Assembly (NCBI GenBank): GCA_003990765.1
Contig: RBNJ01000211.1
Location: 1 to 36,645, forward strand
Length of the DNA: 36,645 bases
Origin: Jimgerdemannia flammicorona
Taxonomy: Eukaryota
Reading direction: 5' to 3'
Positions within the stretch are counted from its first letter, which is position 1, and every line of letters starts with the position of its first letter. The notes under the pieces were generated by a model. The model did not search any database. It had not been told where the DNA came from and worked only from the letters and a program-made list of their open reading frames with translations. Positions 11,357-23,100 of the stretch are shown here, in pieces. A program made the position numbers and the translations under genes.

Positions 11357-11805
11357 AGCTTGGGGCTGCCCCTATGCCACTGGCAGAGGGCCACAAATTT
11401 TGCGCACTCCCTCTGCCTGCCCCGCCCATCCTGGATACTTGTGGCTTGGGGCTGCCCCTTGCTGTCAGCAGAGGGCTGCAAATTTTGCACACTCCCTCCA
11501 CCAACCCTGTACCTGCCAACCCACCACCGACTCTGCCTACTGACCTGGATGCTGACAGCTTGGGGCTATCTCTCGCTGCTGGTAGAGGGCTGCAAATTTT
11601 GCGCACTCTCTCTACCTACTCCCCCAACCCAGACACTTGTGGCTTGGAGCTGCCCCTTGCTACCAGCAGAGGGCCACAAATTTTGTGCACTCCCTCTACT
11701 GACCCACTGACCTGCCCACTGACCCACCCACTGACCCAGGTACTGGCAGCTTGGGGCTGCCCCTTGCTGCTGGCTGAGGGCCACAAATATTGTGCACTCT
11801 CTCTG
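11357..11805. repeat. Five ~58-bp GC-rich repeats separated by C-rich spacers
   Basis: Unit GCTTGGGGCTGCCCCT...AGAGGGCY.CAAATTTTGYGCACTCYCTC at ~11357, 11442, 11557, 11639 and 11747. Confidence 0.85.
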
Positions 11806-11936
11806 CCGCCAACCCCACCCCACTTGGACTGCAAACTCCAGACCGAGTCCTCAGGTTTTTGTTTCCTTTTTTATTATTTTGAAAGGTATTAAATATTCCA
11901 CAAGGCCAACCATCTTATCTGCAGACCTACTGAATT

Positions 11937-14365
11937 TTAGCAGCCTAAGCCCCACCAAGACTTTAGACACATACATGCCCAGATTGTCTCAGTATTCAGT
12001 GCACACCTCTTTGGGACAATGAGGTCTACCCCACCTGAGAACACCCACTCGATGGGAGCGCTGGAGGCAGGAATCACCAGATAGTCCCAAGCCATACCAT
12101 ACAGGCTGGAGAAGTCTGTTTAATGCAGCTGCATGCCTTGGTGGATAGAGAAGTGGTTAGATTAGTGGGTTAAATTGGCCCAACGCCCACCTGATAACCC
12201 ACCTTCCACCAGTTGAGTACCTCCATGCCCTCCAGCAGAACCATGCAGTCACTGACAAGGTAAATGGTAAGTTCATCTATTGATGGCAGCTCTTCCACTG
12301 ATGGCTCCCTCTTCCTCTTTCTGCTGAAGTAAATGTGGAACAGGAGGGATCCCTTGGTATATTCGTCCAGACTTCAGCCAGAACCTTGCAGTGGTGCATA
12401 GTTTTTCTGGTACCCAGCCCTGATCTTTATGGTATTATAGCTTTAAGCATGGGTCCAGCACTGTTTGAAGAAAAGGAGAGTGAGTTTTTGCAGGGTTTCC
12501 TTTGTTTTGGAAGGGGCAATGGCCACATACTGACATCGACATACTTGTACTGATTGAGTATATGGCAGTATCTGTTTGGGAGTAGTATTTTCTGAGCTTA
12601 CTTAGAGTAACCTCCATGGCATCTCTCTGATCCAGGCTTAACTGTAAATCACTGCAACCCTCTAGCCTGTCCTTGAGCTTGTCCTCTAGCCAGTCAATCA
12701 GAAGGTTATATACTGGTATCGCAGAGCTTATTGTTGGGGTTGTTTGTTTGACTATATTCTTTATATAATCATCGAAATACTGGTAGTTATATGTGGTGAG
12801 ATGTTGCATTGTATAGAGGCAGACAAAATGAGTGTGGAGCCAGAGCAACTACTACTTACTTCCAAAACTCTGACAACATTCCTAAGTATGTCCCACTTGC
12901 TTTCACCTAGAGCCTCGGCCCATATTTCCTTGTCAGCAGCCATCATTGAATCTATTGGCTTTTTTTTTTTTTTTTTTTTTTTAAAAATAAATCTTCCATT
13001 ATCCGAAACAGTTACTTCAGCTGACTGAAGAAAAAAAGGATGCATACTACAGCAAACTCCAGCACATGCTGGATCATTGCAAATATTGAGTTCCAATGCA
13101 TACAGATATCCAATATAAGCTCTTTTGGGGCTAAACTAATTGTCCTACACTGTGCAGTAAATTTGTCTTGTCATTGTGGAGATGATCAGACTGACACAAC
13201 CAGTTTGTGCAGCTTGAAAATTATACTCAGGGCCCCTCCTCTCTCGGATGTTTTGTCTATGTGCAAAAGATAGTCCTGAATAGCAAGGTTCAGTATGTGG
13301 GTCTGATATCGCACACAGCAGCTTTCTGCACTGAAGGCCACATTTTCCTGTTTGAGGCTGGCTGCTAAAACTTGAGTTGTTTGTGGCATTGTCCATCATA
13401 ATGATCAAAATCTGTACTTGAAATATTTGGTCAGCAAATTATGTAAAAATAAATAATCAACAAAATCTGTTTTGTTTAAAGACCTCCCTCAAAACGCCAA
13501 CCTGATGGCAAGCCCCCCTTTTTTTACCTTGGTTGTGATCCCAAGCTCCTGGATACAACTAATAAAAGCATCTGTAATGTTGTCTCCAGAATGAGAGCCA
13601 GCAAGTTTGACAAAGTCAAGGGTGAGAGATTTAAGCTGCCAATTGAGGTCAATTCAATAACGGGTAATGCCTAGAAATGAAATTGCATTGAGGGATGTCC
13701 ATGTGTTGATTGTAAATAAAATTTTACCTGCCGAATTCTGCTTATTGAATGTAAGATTAAATTGGTGAGCTCTTTTATATAATTCAGCTTGCAAAGGTCA
13801 TAGTGCTGCCCTTATTTTACCTGAAGTATCTGGTGGAGATTGTCATGCTCCTTCCTATAGGCCTCCAGGACATCTTTGCGAATAGTATCAGCACTTGGCA
13901 AATATAAATCATGCTTGAGGAGACCAAAGATGCTATGCAATTGATCACTCTCGATAGTTGTAAATGGCTGGTCTGTATATACAATCCAGTGAATGAGCCA
14001 ATTTCGAAATTCTGCTGAAAAGTATGGCTAAATATTTTTGATTAAATGGCATTGTTGGTATAGAAATGGTTGGGCAATTAGATAAATGTACCCACCATAG
14101 CTTGGATGTCAATTTTATTTGTCTCCATATTCTTTTTGATTTTGTCAGAGTACTTGTCTTTTATGTGTCAATTCATGTTCAAGGTCATACTACCAAGCAT
14201 TTTGAACTTCTGGCTGGTGCAGTTTATGAGGATGGATGAAATAATATCATATGTGTGTCAAACAAGTCAATAGGTGTATCTTAATTTTTTACCTATAATA
14301 ATTACAAACAACATCATCTCCTATCTTAGCACAATATTGCCAGATTTTGGAGCGAGGATTGTGTG
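11937..14365 (-). pseudogene. hAT transposase (BED zinc finger, DDE core, C-terminal dimerisation domain), intron-containing
   Basis: RSKIWQYC..VVCNY (BED), DQPFTTIE, FTINTWTS, LAGSHSGDNI, MMDNATNN, HILNLAIQ, HWNSIFAM, VLDPCLKL, DYLVIPASSAPIEWVFS, CMCLKSWW..stop 11937-11939. Start codon not determined. Confidence 0.92.
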
Positions 14366-14544
14366 GAAGGTGTGGAACTATCAGAGATGTTTGACTTGAA
14401 GCATCATCAGTACTATGAACTGTTGAAGACTGATCTGTCAACATGTGTGTTTGCATGTTTGCATGTACATGTGTGTGCATGTGTATGTATTGTATATGCA
14501 TATGTATGTATTGTGTTATGGATGTGTCCAGCATATGAGTCATG

Positions 14545-14785
14545 TGGATGATTTGGATTGGAGGATTTGGTTGAAGAATTCAGATGAGAATTCAGATTGG
14601 AGGATTCAAATTGGAGGATTCGAATTGGAGGATTCAAATTGGAGGATTTGGATTGAGTAATTCGGATTGAGTGATTTGGATTGAGTGATTCGGATTGAGT
14701 GATTCAGATTGAGTGATTCAGATTGGGGTGGTTTGGATGGGTGATTCGGATGGGGCGATTCAGATGGGGTGATTCAGATTAATCT
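14545..14785. repeat. hAT right subterminal repeats (GGAGGATTCRAATT and GATTGAGTGATTCR units)
   Basis: Tandem 14-bp units preceding the right TIR. Confidence 0.85.
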
Positions 14786-14860
14786 GAATTGATTCAGATC
14801 AAACTGTCATGTGATGAATCGAATCTGGATTTGATTCAAATTGACTTATTCGGAGTATTA

Positions 14861-15705
14861 GGAAGAACTATCAAGCACCATTACAACCAATCGCACCACC
14901 AGACAACATCCTTCAGAGATGGGGAATAGATGTAATTGGACCTCTACCAGTTATACTAAGAAGAAATAAATACATTCTTATATTTGTGAAACACCTGACC
15001 AAGTGGCCCAAGGCTTTCCCAATGGAAATCACAGATGCCTTAACCATTGTAGGCCTTCTCCATGGACTCACACTCAGATATGGACTCCCAGAAGAACTTA
15101 TCTCTAACCAAGGCACAGAATTCATCAATAATATAATCACAAGTTATGTCTGAATTCACAAGATCTACCTCAAATGAATAATATCATACCACCCTCAGAC
15201 CAATAGTATGACAGAAAGAATGAACCAGACCATCAAGAAAGGACTTGCCCAAGTCAATCCTATCAATTGGGATCTCTGCTTACCTGAGATCTTATGGGAA
15301 ATTCAGAACACCCCTGCTACCTCCACCAAACAAAAGTCATTCGAGATGATGTTTGCCAAGAAAATCAGAACTGCTGACCATGAGAATCTTGGAGACTTCT
15401 TCAAAAAAGCAAAACAGTTACATAATCAAGCCCAAGGTCAGATTATCAAAGTATAAGAAAGATAAAAGAAGTATTATAACTAGAAACAGAAGGATCAGGA
15501 GATCAAGATTGGAGATCAAGTACTAGTTTGGAGAAGTATAATTGAAACAAATTTTACCGCCAAACTGGAGCCCAAATGGGAAGGACCTTATCTTATATAC
15601 AACATCAGAGGAACCAGCATCTATTTAAGAAGTATGGATAGACGAACCCTGAGGACACTAGTACACATCAATTGCCTCAAACTATATCTTCCTTCTACAC
15701 CATGA
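14861..15705 (+). pseudogene. E1 pol, 3' part: integrase core and GPY/F
   Basis: FQRWGIDVIGPLP, LISNQGTEF, YHPQTNSMTERMNQTIK, KLEPKWEGPY. Stop TGA 15703-15705. Confidence 0.93.
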
Positions 15706-16217
15706 GTCAAAGGATTGATCAGTGCCTCCAGACATTAGTCCTCAGCTCCTTCTAGGCCCTACCAGTTCCTCTACCCCAATTTGGCCAAGCTAATGGAAAC
15801 CCCCTTCAGAAGATCTAAGTTTACCAAGAAAATCTCACCCTGGCCAGATGCCTACTATAAGTCCATTAACTGCAGACCTATTATGCAATTGGTGAACAAT
15901 TGCAGAACCTTCTAGCCCCAGAACAGACCTACATTAGAAATACCACAGGACTGACCAGAAGAGACACTACTGCTACAGACAGACTATACACCATTTACAA
16001 ACAAAATGTTACAGCTCTGATACAGGCACAGTTCTCCCTGAATGACATTCAAGGAATGAACCCTATTACCTATTTGAGCATCATCAATTCCATCAAAATT
16101 CTATTTCCTGAAGAAGAAGAAGAGCCCATAGAATGAAGTGACCCTAGTACAGACAATGAAGATGATAGAACAGGTATAGATACTGAAGCAGCTTATGCTT
16201 ATTGGGATGATGACTGA
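15702..16217 (+). pseudogene. E1 accessory ORF3 (~171 codons, unknown function) between pol and 3' LTR
   Basis: ATG overlaps the pol stop (ATGA). Frame maintained to TGA 16217 apart from deamination-type stops. Homologue in E2. Confidence 0.8.
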
Positions 16218-16256
16218 AGAACAGTCTGGGACAGACTATCCTTCAGTGAGAGCTGA

Positions 16257-17777
16257 TATAATAAACCAAAATGTACCACCCAAATTATAACTTAGTCAGA
16301 TGACATAAACAATTAGCATACTTAACTAGATGATGTAGGCTCCCAGCATAACATAACTTCCAGTATATTATAGTTACTCATGCCCATCACAGTTATAATT
16401 AGCCAGATATACCAGAAAGGGTCTGTTTACTCATACAGACTCTATACACCATACAGACTCTATACACCATACAGACTCTATATACTGTACAGGTCCTATA
16501 TACTATACAGACTCTGTATACCTGCTATAAGTAGCAATCTATAGTTAGCAACATAGTAACCAGATAGCAACTAACCTGTATAAATTACCCCAGAGACAAG
16601 AGTAAATAAACCTCAGTCCAAAATTGAAGCAAAAGATAAGTCTGTCTACCACACTTTGAGAGGAACTCTACAGCTACTGCTAGGAGATTGTGAGCTTATT
16701 TCCCCACTCTGGTCTACTTTCCAATACAAAGCTTGAAGATTTTGCTGTCAAGTTCGAGTGAAGAACTTTGCTGCCTTTGGAATTATTGGTACACTTGCCA
16801 GACTAAGCCTGAAGAATCCAAGTTTGCTGCTAAAAGTTCTAGAAAGAACTTTGCCACCATTTTCAAGAAGTCCACTGATTCTGGAGAATCTATATCATCC
16901 GCCATTTTTAAGTTATTCACCATATTCCCAGAAAAGCTGCCTTGCTCAAGCTAGTTTCTGACACAACTTTGCAGTGATCTATTCATGTAAACGAAATCAG
17001 TCTTTGATGCAACTTTGCCAAGAGACCCTTTCCAAGAAGCCACCAGCACATTTCTCAGTTGAAGCCACTAATTTAGAAGAATCTGTGCTATCATATTCCT
17101 AGTTGAATCTGCCATTTTCAAGTTATCCACATTCTCAGAAGAACCTGTGCCATCTGAGTAGTATTCCCAGTTGAAGCCGCTGATTCAGAAGAATCCATGC
17201 CATCCAAGTTATTTTCCAGAAAGCTGCCGATCTAGGAAGAATCTGCAACATCCAAGTTATTTGTTTGTTCCCAGTGAGCCTGAGTTATCAAGTCATCTGC
17301 CACCAGTACGATTCCCAGTGACATTTAAGAACCCTGCTGATTTAGGAGAATCTGTACCAAATTGAGTTATCTGCCAGATTACCAGACCACACTACATAAG
17401 GAATCCACTTATGCTATACAAGATTGTCATGCAGAAATCACATACTTTTGATTAACACCCTAGAAGGAGAACTGCTAAATTGCCAGACTGTCACATATAG
17501 AGATTGTCATGCTATACATGAAATTATACCAATTTCCAGTTGACCCAAGAAGGAAAGATATACAAATCACTACTATACTAGAGAACTGTCTCAATTAGGA
17601 AATCGACATACAAATTGCTCACAGATATCCAGCTTTGACTATTATACCACTAAGTACCAAAGATCTCAGGAATCTTAGAACATTTTGTTGCTTTTTGACA
17701 AAGTAACTAGGGGCTTAAGCCAAACTACATCAACCCCCAACCTTGTAATTTGCCTCTATTGAGCCAGGCATGTTATA
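16257..17777 (+). repeat. E1 3' LTR (1521 bp)
   Basis: TATAATAAACC...CATGTTATA (decayed TG..CA), followed by TSD ATAG. Preceded by a purine-rich AGTGAGAGCTGA. Confidence 0.95.
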
Positions 17778-18357
17778 ATAGATTCTTTCTGTCTAATCAT
17801 CTATTTGTAGGTAGTATACTGTGGATATTTTCAGTTATACTCCTAGGCTCTTAAAGAGTACTTATCAAAAGTTGCTTGTGAACTTTGTATCTTAATCTGA
17901 GATAATTGCTGATAGTAGTCTATAAAGGTGGAATATATTGTTAATGAATAGCTAAGCTGTTTCTAATGCTATTGCTGTAGTAGTTATTGCAATAAAGTGG
18001 GCCTGCTTACTGAGATAATTAACAAAGACAATAATTACATTCCTTCTCTTCTTAGTTTTTAACAACTAGGCAATGAAGTCTATTCCAATATAGTTCTAAT
18101 TTCAGATGGGAATTGATAGTAATTATAGAGTACTAGCTAATACTTGGTTGCTGGACTTATACCTTTGGTAAATATCATAAGATACAATATAGTTCTTAAT
18201 ATCAGATGTTATTTTGAATCAGTAGAAGTCTTGAGCAATATATTTATATATCTTGTCAAAACCTATATATCTGACTATAGATATATTATAAAGTTCTTGT
18301 AGGATTTATAAATAGATAGGGGTATCAGTGATCCAAATTCTTTTATTGTCAAAGTAT
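17778..18357 (-). pseudogene. Old host Ty3/gypsy pol, fragment 2: integrase Zn finger and core
   Basis: ILQELYN...IGFDKIY...YDIYQRYK...IGIDFI...LSKQAHFI...IISD*DTKFTSNF...TERIY. Confidence 0.88.
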
Positions 18358-19626
18358 TGTAACAAGCAATAGAATTATACTGCTGAAAATCATAAATTAG
18401 CCACAAACTATATCTAGTGCACTAAGCAACCAAGACTGCTTTACTGTACCAATCTGTATATTTAGCCAGAGATATCAGAAACAGTATGTTTATCTATACC
18501 CTCCAGGTATACCATACTCTCAAAGTACACTATATCCTCAAGGTACACTGTACCCTCAAGGAATACTTACCATAGTTAGCAATCTATAGTTAGCAGCATA
18601 GTAATCAGTAGCAACCCTAACTATATAAATTACTCCAGAGACAAAAGTGAATAAACCTCAGTCCAAAAAGTTGAAGCAAACCAAAGAAGTCTCTAAAGAT
18701 TGAGCATTGGTCTCTTTTCCCCACTCCAGTCCACTTTCTGATACAAAGGCTGATTGGTACACTTGCCAGACTAAGCCTGAAGAATCTGAGTTTGCCACTA
18801 AGTTCAAGTGAAGAACTTTGCCACCTTTTGAAGAGAAATCTGCTGCTTAAGAAATAAGCCACTATATTTTGGTTTGCTTGCCAGATAAGCCTGAAGATTT
18901 GCTGCCAAAAGTTCAAGAAAGAACTTTGTTGCCTTTTGAGTAATCTGCTACTTAAGGAATAAGCTACTATTTCCAAGTTATCTATATTTCCAGAGAACCC
19001 TTAAGGAACCTTACCATAAAGCCAGTCTCCTGACACAACTTTGCAGTGATTCATTTGTGCAAATGAAGCCAGTCTTTGATGTAACTTTGCTAAGAATCTG
19101 AGTATTATTCCCAGAGAGCCTGCTGATTCAGGAAGAATCTGTAACATCTGAGTTATGTATCTGAGTTATCTGAGTTATCTGCACCATCTGAGTTATTTGT
19201 TTGTTCCTAGTGAGCCTGAGTTATTGAGTTATCTGCTGCTAGTATTGTTCCTAGTAAGCCACCAATTCAGGAAGAATCTGCACCACTCTCTTTTCTCAGT
19301 GAATCTATACCCAAATCAAGTTATCTGCCAGATTGTATCATCATATAGAAATCACATACTTTTGGAGATCCCTACTCTAGAAGAAAACTTCTAAAATATC
19401 AGACTATCATACATACTATACCACAGATATACAAATCACTACTATACCTAGAGAACTATCTCAATAAGAAAATCACCAGAATCACTTGCAGATATCCAGC
19501 TTTAACTATTATACTACTAAACATCAAGAACATTTTGTTACTTTTAATAAAGTAACTGGGGGCTTAAGCCAAACTACACCAACCCCCAACCTTGTAATTT
19601 GTCTCCATTGAGCCAAACACATTACA
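18358..19626 (+). repeat. E2 5' LTR (1269 bp)
   Basis: TGTAAC...ATTACA. Direct repeat of 27167-28431. Confidence 0.95.
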
Positions 19627-19628
19627 TT

Positions 19629-19646
19629 TGGGGGCTCAACTGAGAA
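19629..19646 (+). other. E2 primer binding site, tRNA-Pro type
   Basis: TGGGGGCTCAACTGAGAA. Confidence 0.8.
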
Positions 19647-20190
19647 GATTTCAAAATTGACATGACTTTTCAGCTCACAAGAACCCACAGTCAAACTGGA
19701 TACATTTAATACAACACCAATCTCTACTACTACAGGAGAACCAGTTATCACTAGTATCTGGACAAAAAGAGAAGTAATCACTTCAAGACTTGCTAACTAC
19801 CCAGTATTAGAAGGATCTCAACCAGAAATCAGTATAGCCTGAAATCTTCAACCAGAGCAACTAGACAATACAGGTGGCCCTGTCAGAGATCTTGAAGAAC
19901 TTGCACAGAAACTAGAAGATCATATTATACAAGCCCAAGATCTTACAGCTAGATACCCCATATTAGTTCCACCAATCTCACCTATAGAACCTTTACCACC
20001 AGCCCTCACAGAATTAGAAGTAGCTCCTACAAGAATACCTAGGCTCATTCCACTTCATCCAAGGTCCAGAACACCACCCTCAAGATACTCAAGCACTCCT
20101 ATCTCCAGTGATAGTTCTGAAAGTAAATCAGGGTCAGAATCCTAATCAGAATCTGGACCAGAACCAGAATCAGAAGAAAGTGATGATGAA

Positions 20191-23100
20191 ATGACCACCT
20201 CACTCTCAACCTTTGCAGAGAATTCCTTGATAGAATTGAAGGAATTGTAGTCCTGAGAAATCTTCCAGATGAAAGAAAAATTGCCATCTACAAGGCTCAG
20301 CTCAGAGAACCAGCCAGAGAAATTTTCCACTGAACAGCAAATGATCTACATTCAGAACTGGCAAGACAGATACAAGCAGCTGTATCTTATAAGCTAGAAT
20401 ATGTAGCCATGGTCCACTGGCTCATTGAAAAATATGCAAGAAATGAAACCCACCACAAGGCTTAAGAATCTATCATAGGGATGAAGATGAATCTTGGAGA
20501 ATTACCCAGAGCCTTCTTTACAAGAATCTAGAAGAGAATGTATGCAGCCAGATTCAATGCCACCAACCAGGACATCATAGATCCAATAATCTTCATAAAT
20601 GGAATTCCCCTGAACATTGTCCAGTATATCTACACTCTAGGCATCAAAAGGTCTGAAGAGCAAGTAGATGTAGCCCAAGGATTCTTTGATATCAGACTAG
20701 AAACTACCTGGAGTGACCATGACAAGAAGGATGATAAAGAAGACATCCTGGTCAAAGCCCTACAAGGACTCCTTTAAGGACAAGAGAGATCTGAAGAAAG
20801 AAGGTCAGCCAAAGAAGGAAAGAAGGATAGGAATGAAATCCAAGACCTCAGTTCCAAGTTGGACTGATTGGTAGGACAGATTGAAAAACTCACTATATGT
20901 AAAAATCAGAGTTATCAAGACAACAAAGGATACCCTCAACAAAGAAGCCAAGGTTATCCACCCAGAGATAACAGGAGCTATCAGTAAGAAGAAAGAAGAT
21001 ACTCTGTCTGAGATAGAGCTCAAGTCTAATACTTTCACTGTAGACAATTCAGATACTCTACCACTGAATGTGACAATAAAAGAAGTGACCAAAGGGACTC
21101 AGAACCACCAAACTGAAGGAATGACACTCAGTACAAGAAGACTGAAGTCCATCCTGTTGAAGATTTTGAAGAAGCAAGCAACAGCAAAGACTATAGTGAC
21201 CTAGACTTGTATTCTACCAAGATTACTATCTGGAAAACAGTCTATCCAGCAGAAAAAAGGAAGAGATCTGTAGGAAGGCCATCCAGGAATATTAGCAGAA
21301 GAATTATTCAAGAAGAAGATGAAGAACATAAAGAGGAATAAGTAGAAACACCTCCTCAGACTCTTTTACCTTTTGTTCTCAAGACAAATGAGTTGCTACC
21401 AGAGGATAAAGAAAGAGAACAAGAAGAATGGGAACCTGTTGTCCCAAAGTCCAAGAAGAAGTACACCCTGAAGAATATGTTCAGAGATATCTACAATGAA
21501 GTCTGGCAGAAGATTCAAGAAGCTAAGATGGAAGTCCCCCTCCTGCAGTTCCTACAACTGACACCAGCTGGAGTCTGAAATAAATTGCTGAGAACTACCA
21601 GATCTAGCACTAGCCAAGTTTCCATCCCACAGCAAGAGCCAGCACCCACACCTATCCAGGCTGCAGAGAGATATGTCAGCACCTACTTACATGGAGACAT
21701 TGGAGTACAAAGGGTGAAAATTCTCATAGACACAGGAGCAGCTGTCTGTGTCATTACCAAATAGTTCCTGGACACCCTCCAATGGCCCATTGATGGACCA
21801 TCCAACCTCAGCATCATAGTAGCAGATGGAGCCCGAACTCAATCCCTTAGAGAAGTACAAAACATCACCATCTCTCTTGGACACATCCAGTTCTCTATCC
21901 CAAAAGCTATTATCACTGAGGCTATTACCTATGACATGATCCTTAGTACTAACTGGATGAAGAAAATGAATGCAGTTGTTGATATTGGTCAACAAGTACT
22001 CAAGTTTGACTACTGAGGCAAGAAGTACAGAGTTAAGGTAACTAGCTATAAGCAATCAAAGAAGAAGAAGGTTACCATCCAAGAGAAATATGCTAGTAGT
22101 GAAGAATCTACTATAGAAGAGGAGGAAGAATCCAAAGATAGAAATTATCCCAGTGAATTAACCTGGTGGATGACAGACCAGAGGACAATGTATGGGCCAA
22201 GAATACTGTTCCCATTACCATTGGAGCCATTGCAGAAGAAATCAAAAGATGCCCTATCTGCCTCAAGAGACATAAGTGCTCTGAGCACTCCTCTAAGATC
22301 ATTGGAATAAGGAATTTGCCCAGCACAGCCTGCCCAGAATACAGAAAGAAGAAGAAGAAATGCAGACATATTCCAGAAACACCTGCAGCTAAAGCTGCAG
22401 AAGTACAAGCAATTTGGGGCCAAGAATTATCTGAGGAAGAAGAAGTTTCTGACCAAGAAGTTCCTGAACAAAAAGCATCCAAAGAAGAAGAGGTCCCTGA
22501 ACTCATTTCCTGAGATGACCCTTGCTGGACACCACCTGAAGACAATGACCCTTGGAATATAGAAGAAGGACCCAGTATAATTCCCATTATTCCCAAGAAA
22601 GAAACTCACCAAGAGAGAGCATTTTGGCTAGGAAGATGTCTACACCAAATGGTCTTCCACTCTCCCTGAGACTACTGCTATCAGTGCCATCTACTAGACC
22701 AATAGGAGAGACAGAGACCCTAGAGACCAGAACCCCTGAATATAGTTGCACAGTCAACTATCTTTTAAGAAGTTACCACCAAGTTGCAAAGCCGATTCAG
22801 AGGATAAGGTCTCTTCACCTGAATAGAAGTATACTCCTTGTCTACTCTTCCCCCAACTTATGATCAAGATAGATACCAATTCCCAAGACAATAAGAAATT
22901 AACAACCAGAAATATCATTTCTAAGCAATGGAATATTGTAACTATGGAAGACACCCAGACTGCTGAGACTGTAGATATCAGAAGATTCACCTCAGTTATG
23001 ATATTGCAATCCATACCTTAAAGAGAGGAGACAACAGAGGTCAGATCTGAAAAAGCCAGACCAAGAAGCCAGGAAGAAGGACTCTGAAGATCTATGATTT

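Larger units (their letters stand above)
8433..14860 (-). mobile_element. hAT DNA transposon (6428 bp) inserted in the E1 integrase
   Basis: 8-bp TSD GGAAGAAC (8425-8432, 14861-14868). TIRs TAGTGCTCTGAAT / ATTCGGAGTATTA. The uninterrupted site is visible in E2 (~25770-25790). Confidence 0.95.
745..17777 (+). mobile_element. Full-length Ty3/gypsy LTR retrotransposon E1 (dUTPase-bearing, degenerate) containing a nested hAT
   Basis: Paired LTRs 745-2295 and 16257-17777, 4-bp TSD ATAG (741-744, 17778-17781), PBS, and domain order gag-PR-dUTPase-RT-RH-IN. Confidence 0.95.

Noticed and set aside
11357..11805. CRISPR array
   Set aside because: Repeats are ~58 bp and degenerate, spacers are low-complexity and variable in length, no cas genes are present, and the context is eukaryotic.
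11094..11892. Long overlapping ORFs (170, 164, 213 aa)
   Set aside because: Open in several frames on both strands because of GC-rich repeats; no protein motifs.
12960..12982. Poly-Lys tract or retroposed poly(A) in the transposase
   Set aside because: The T homopolymer sits at a probable intron 3' end, with no TSD or associated insert.
15702..16217. ORF3 as an env gene
   Set aside because: Too short; no signal peptide, transmembrane helix or furin-like site is visible.
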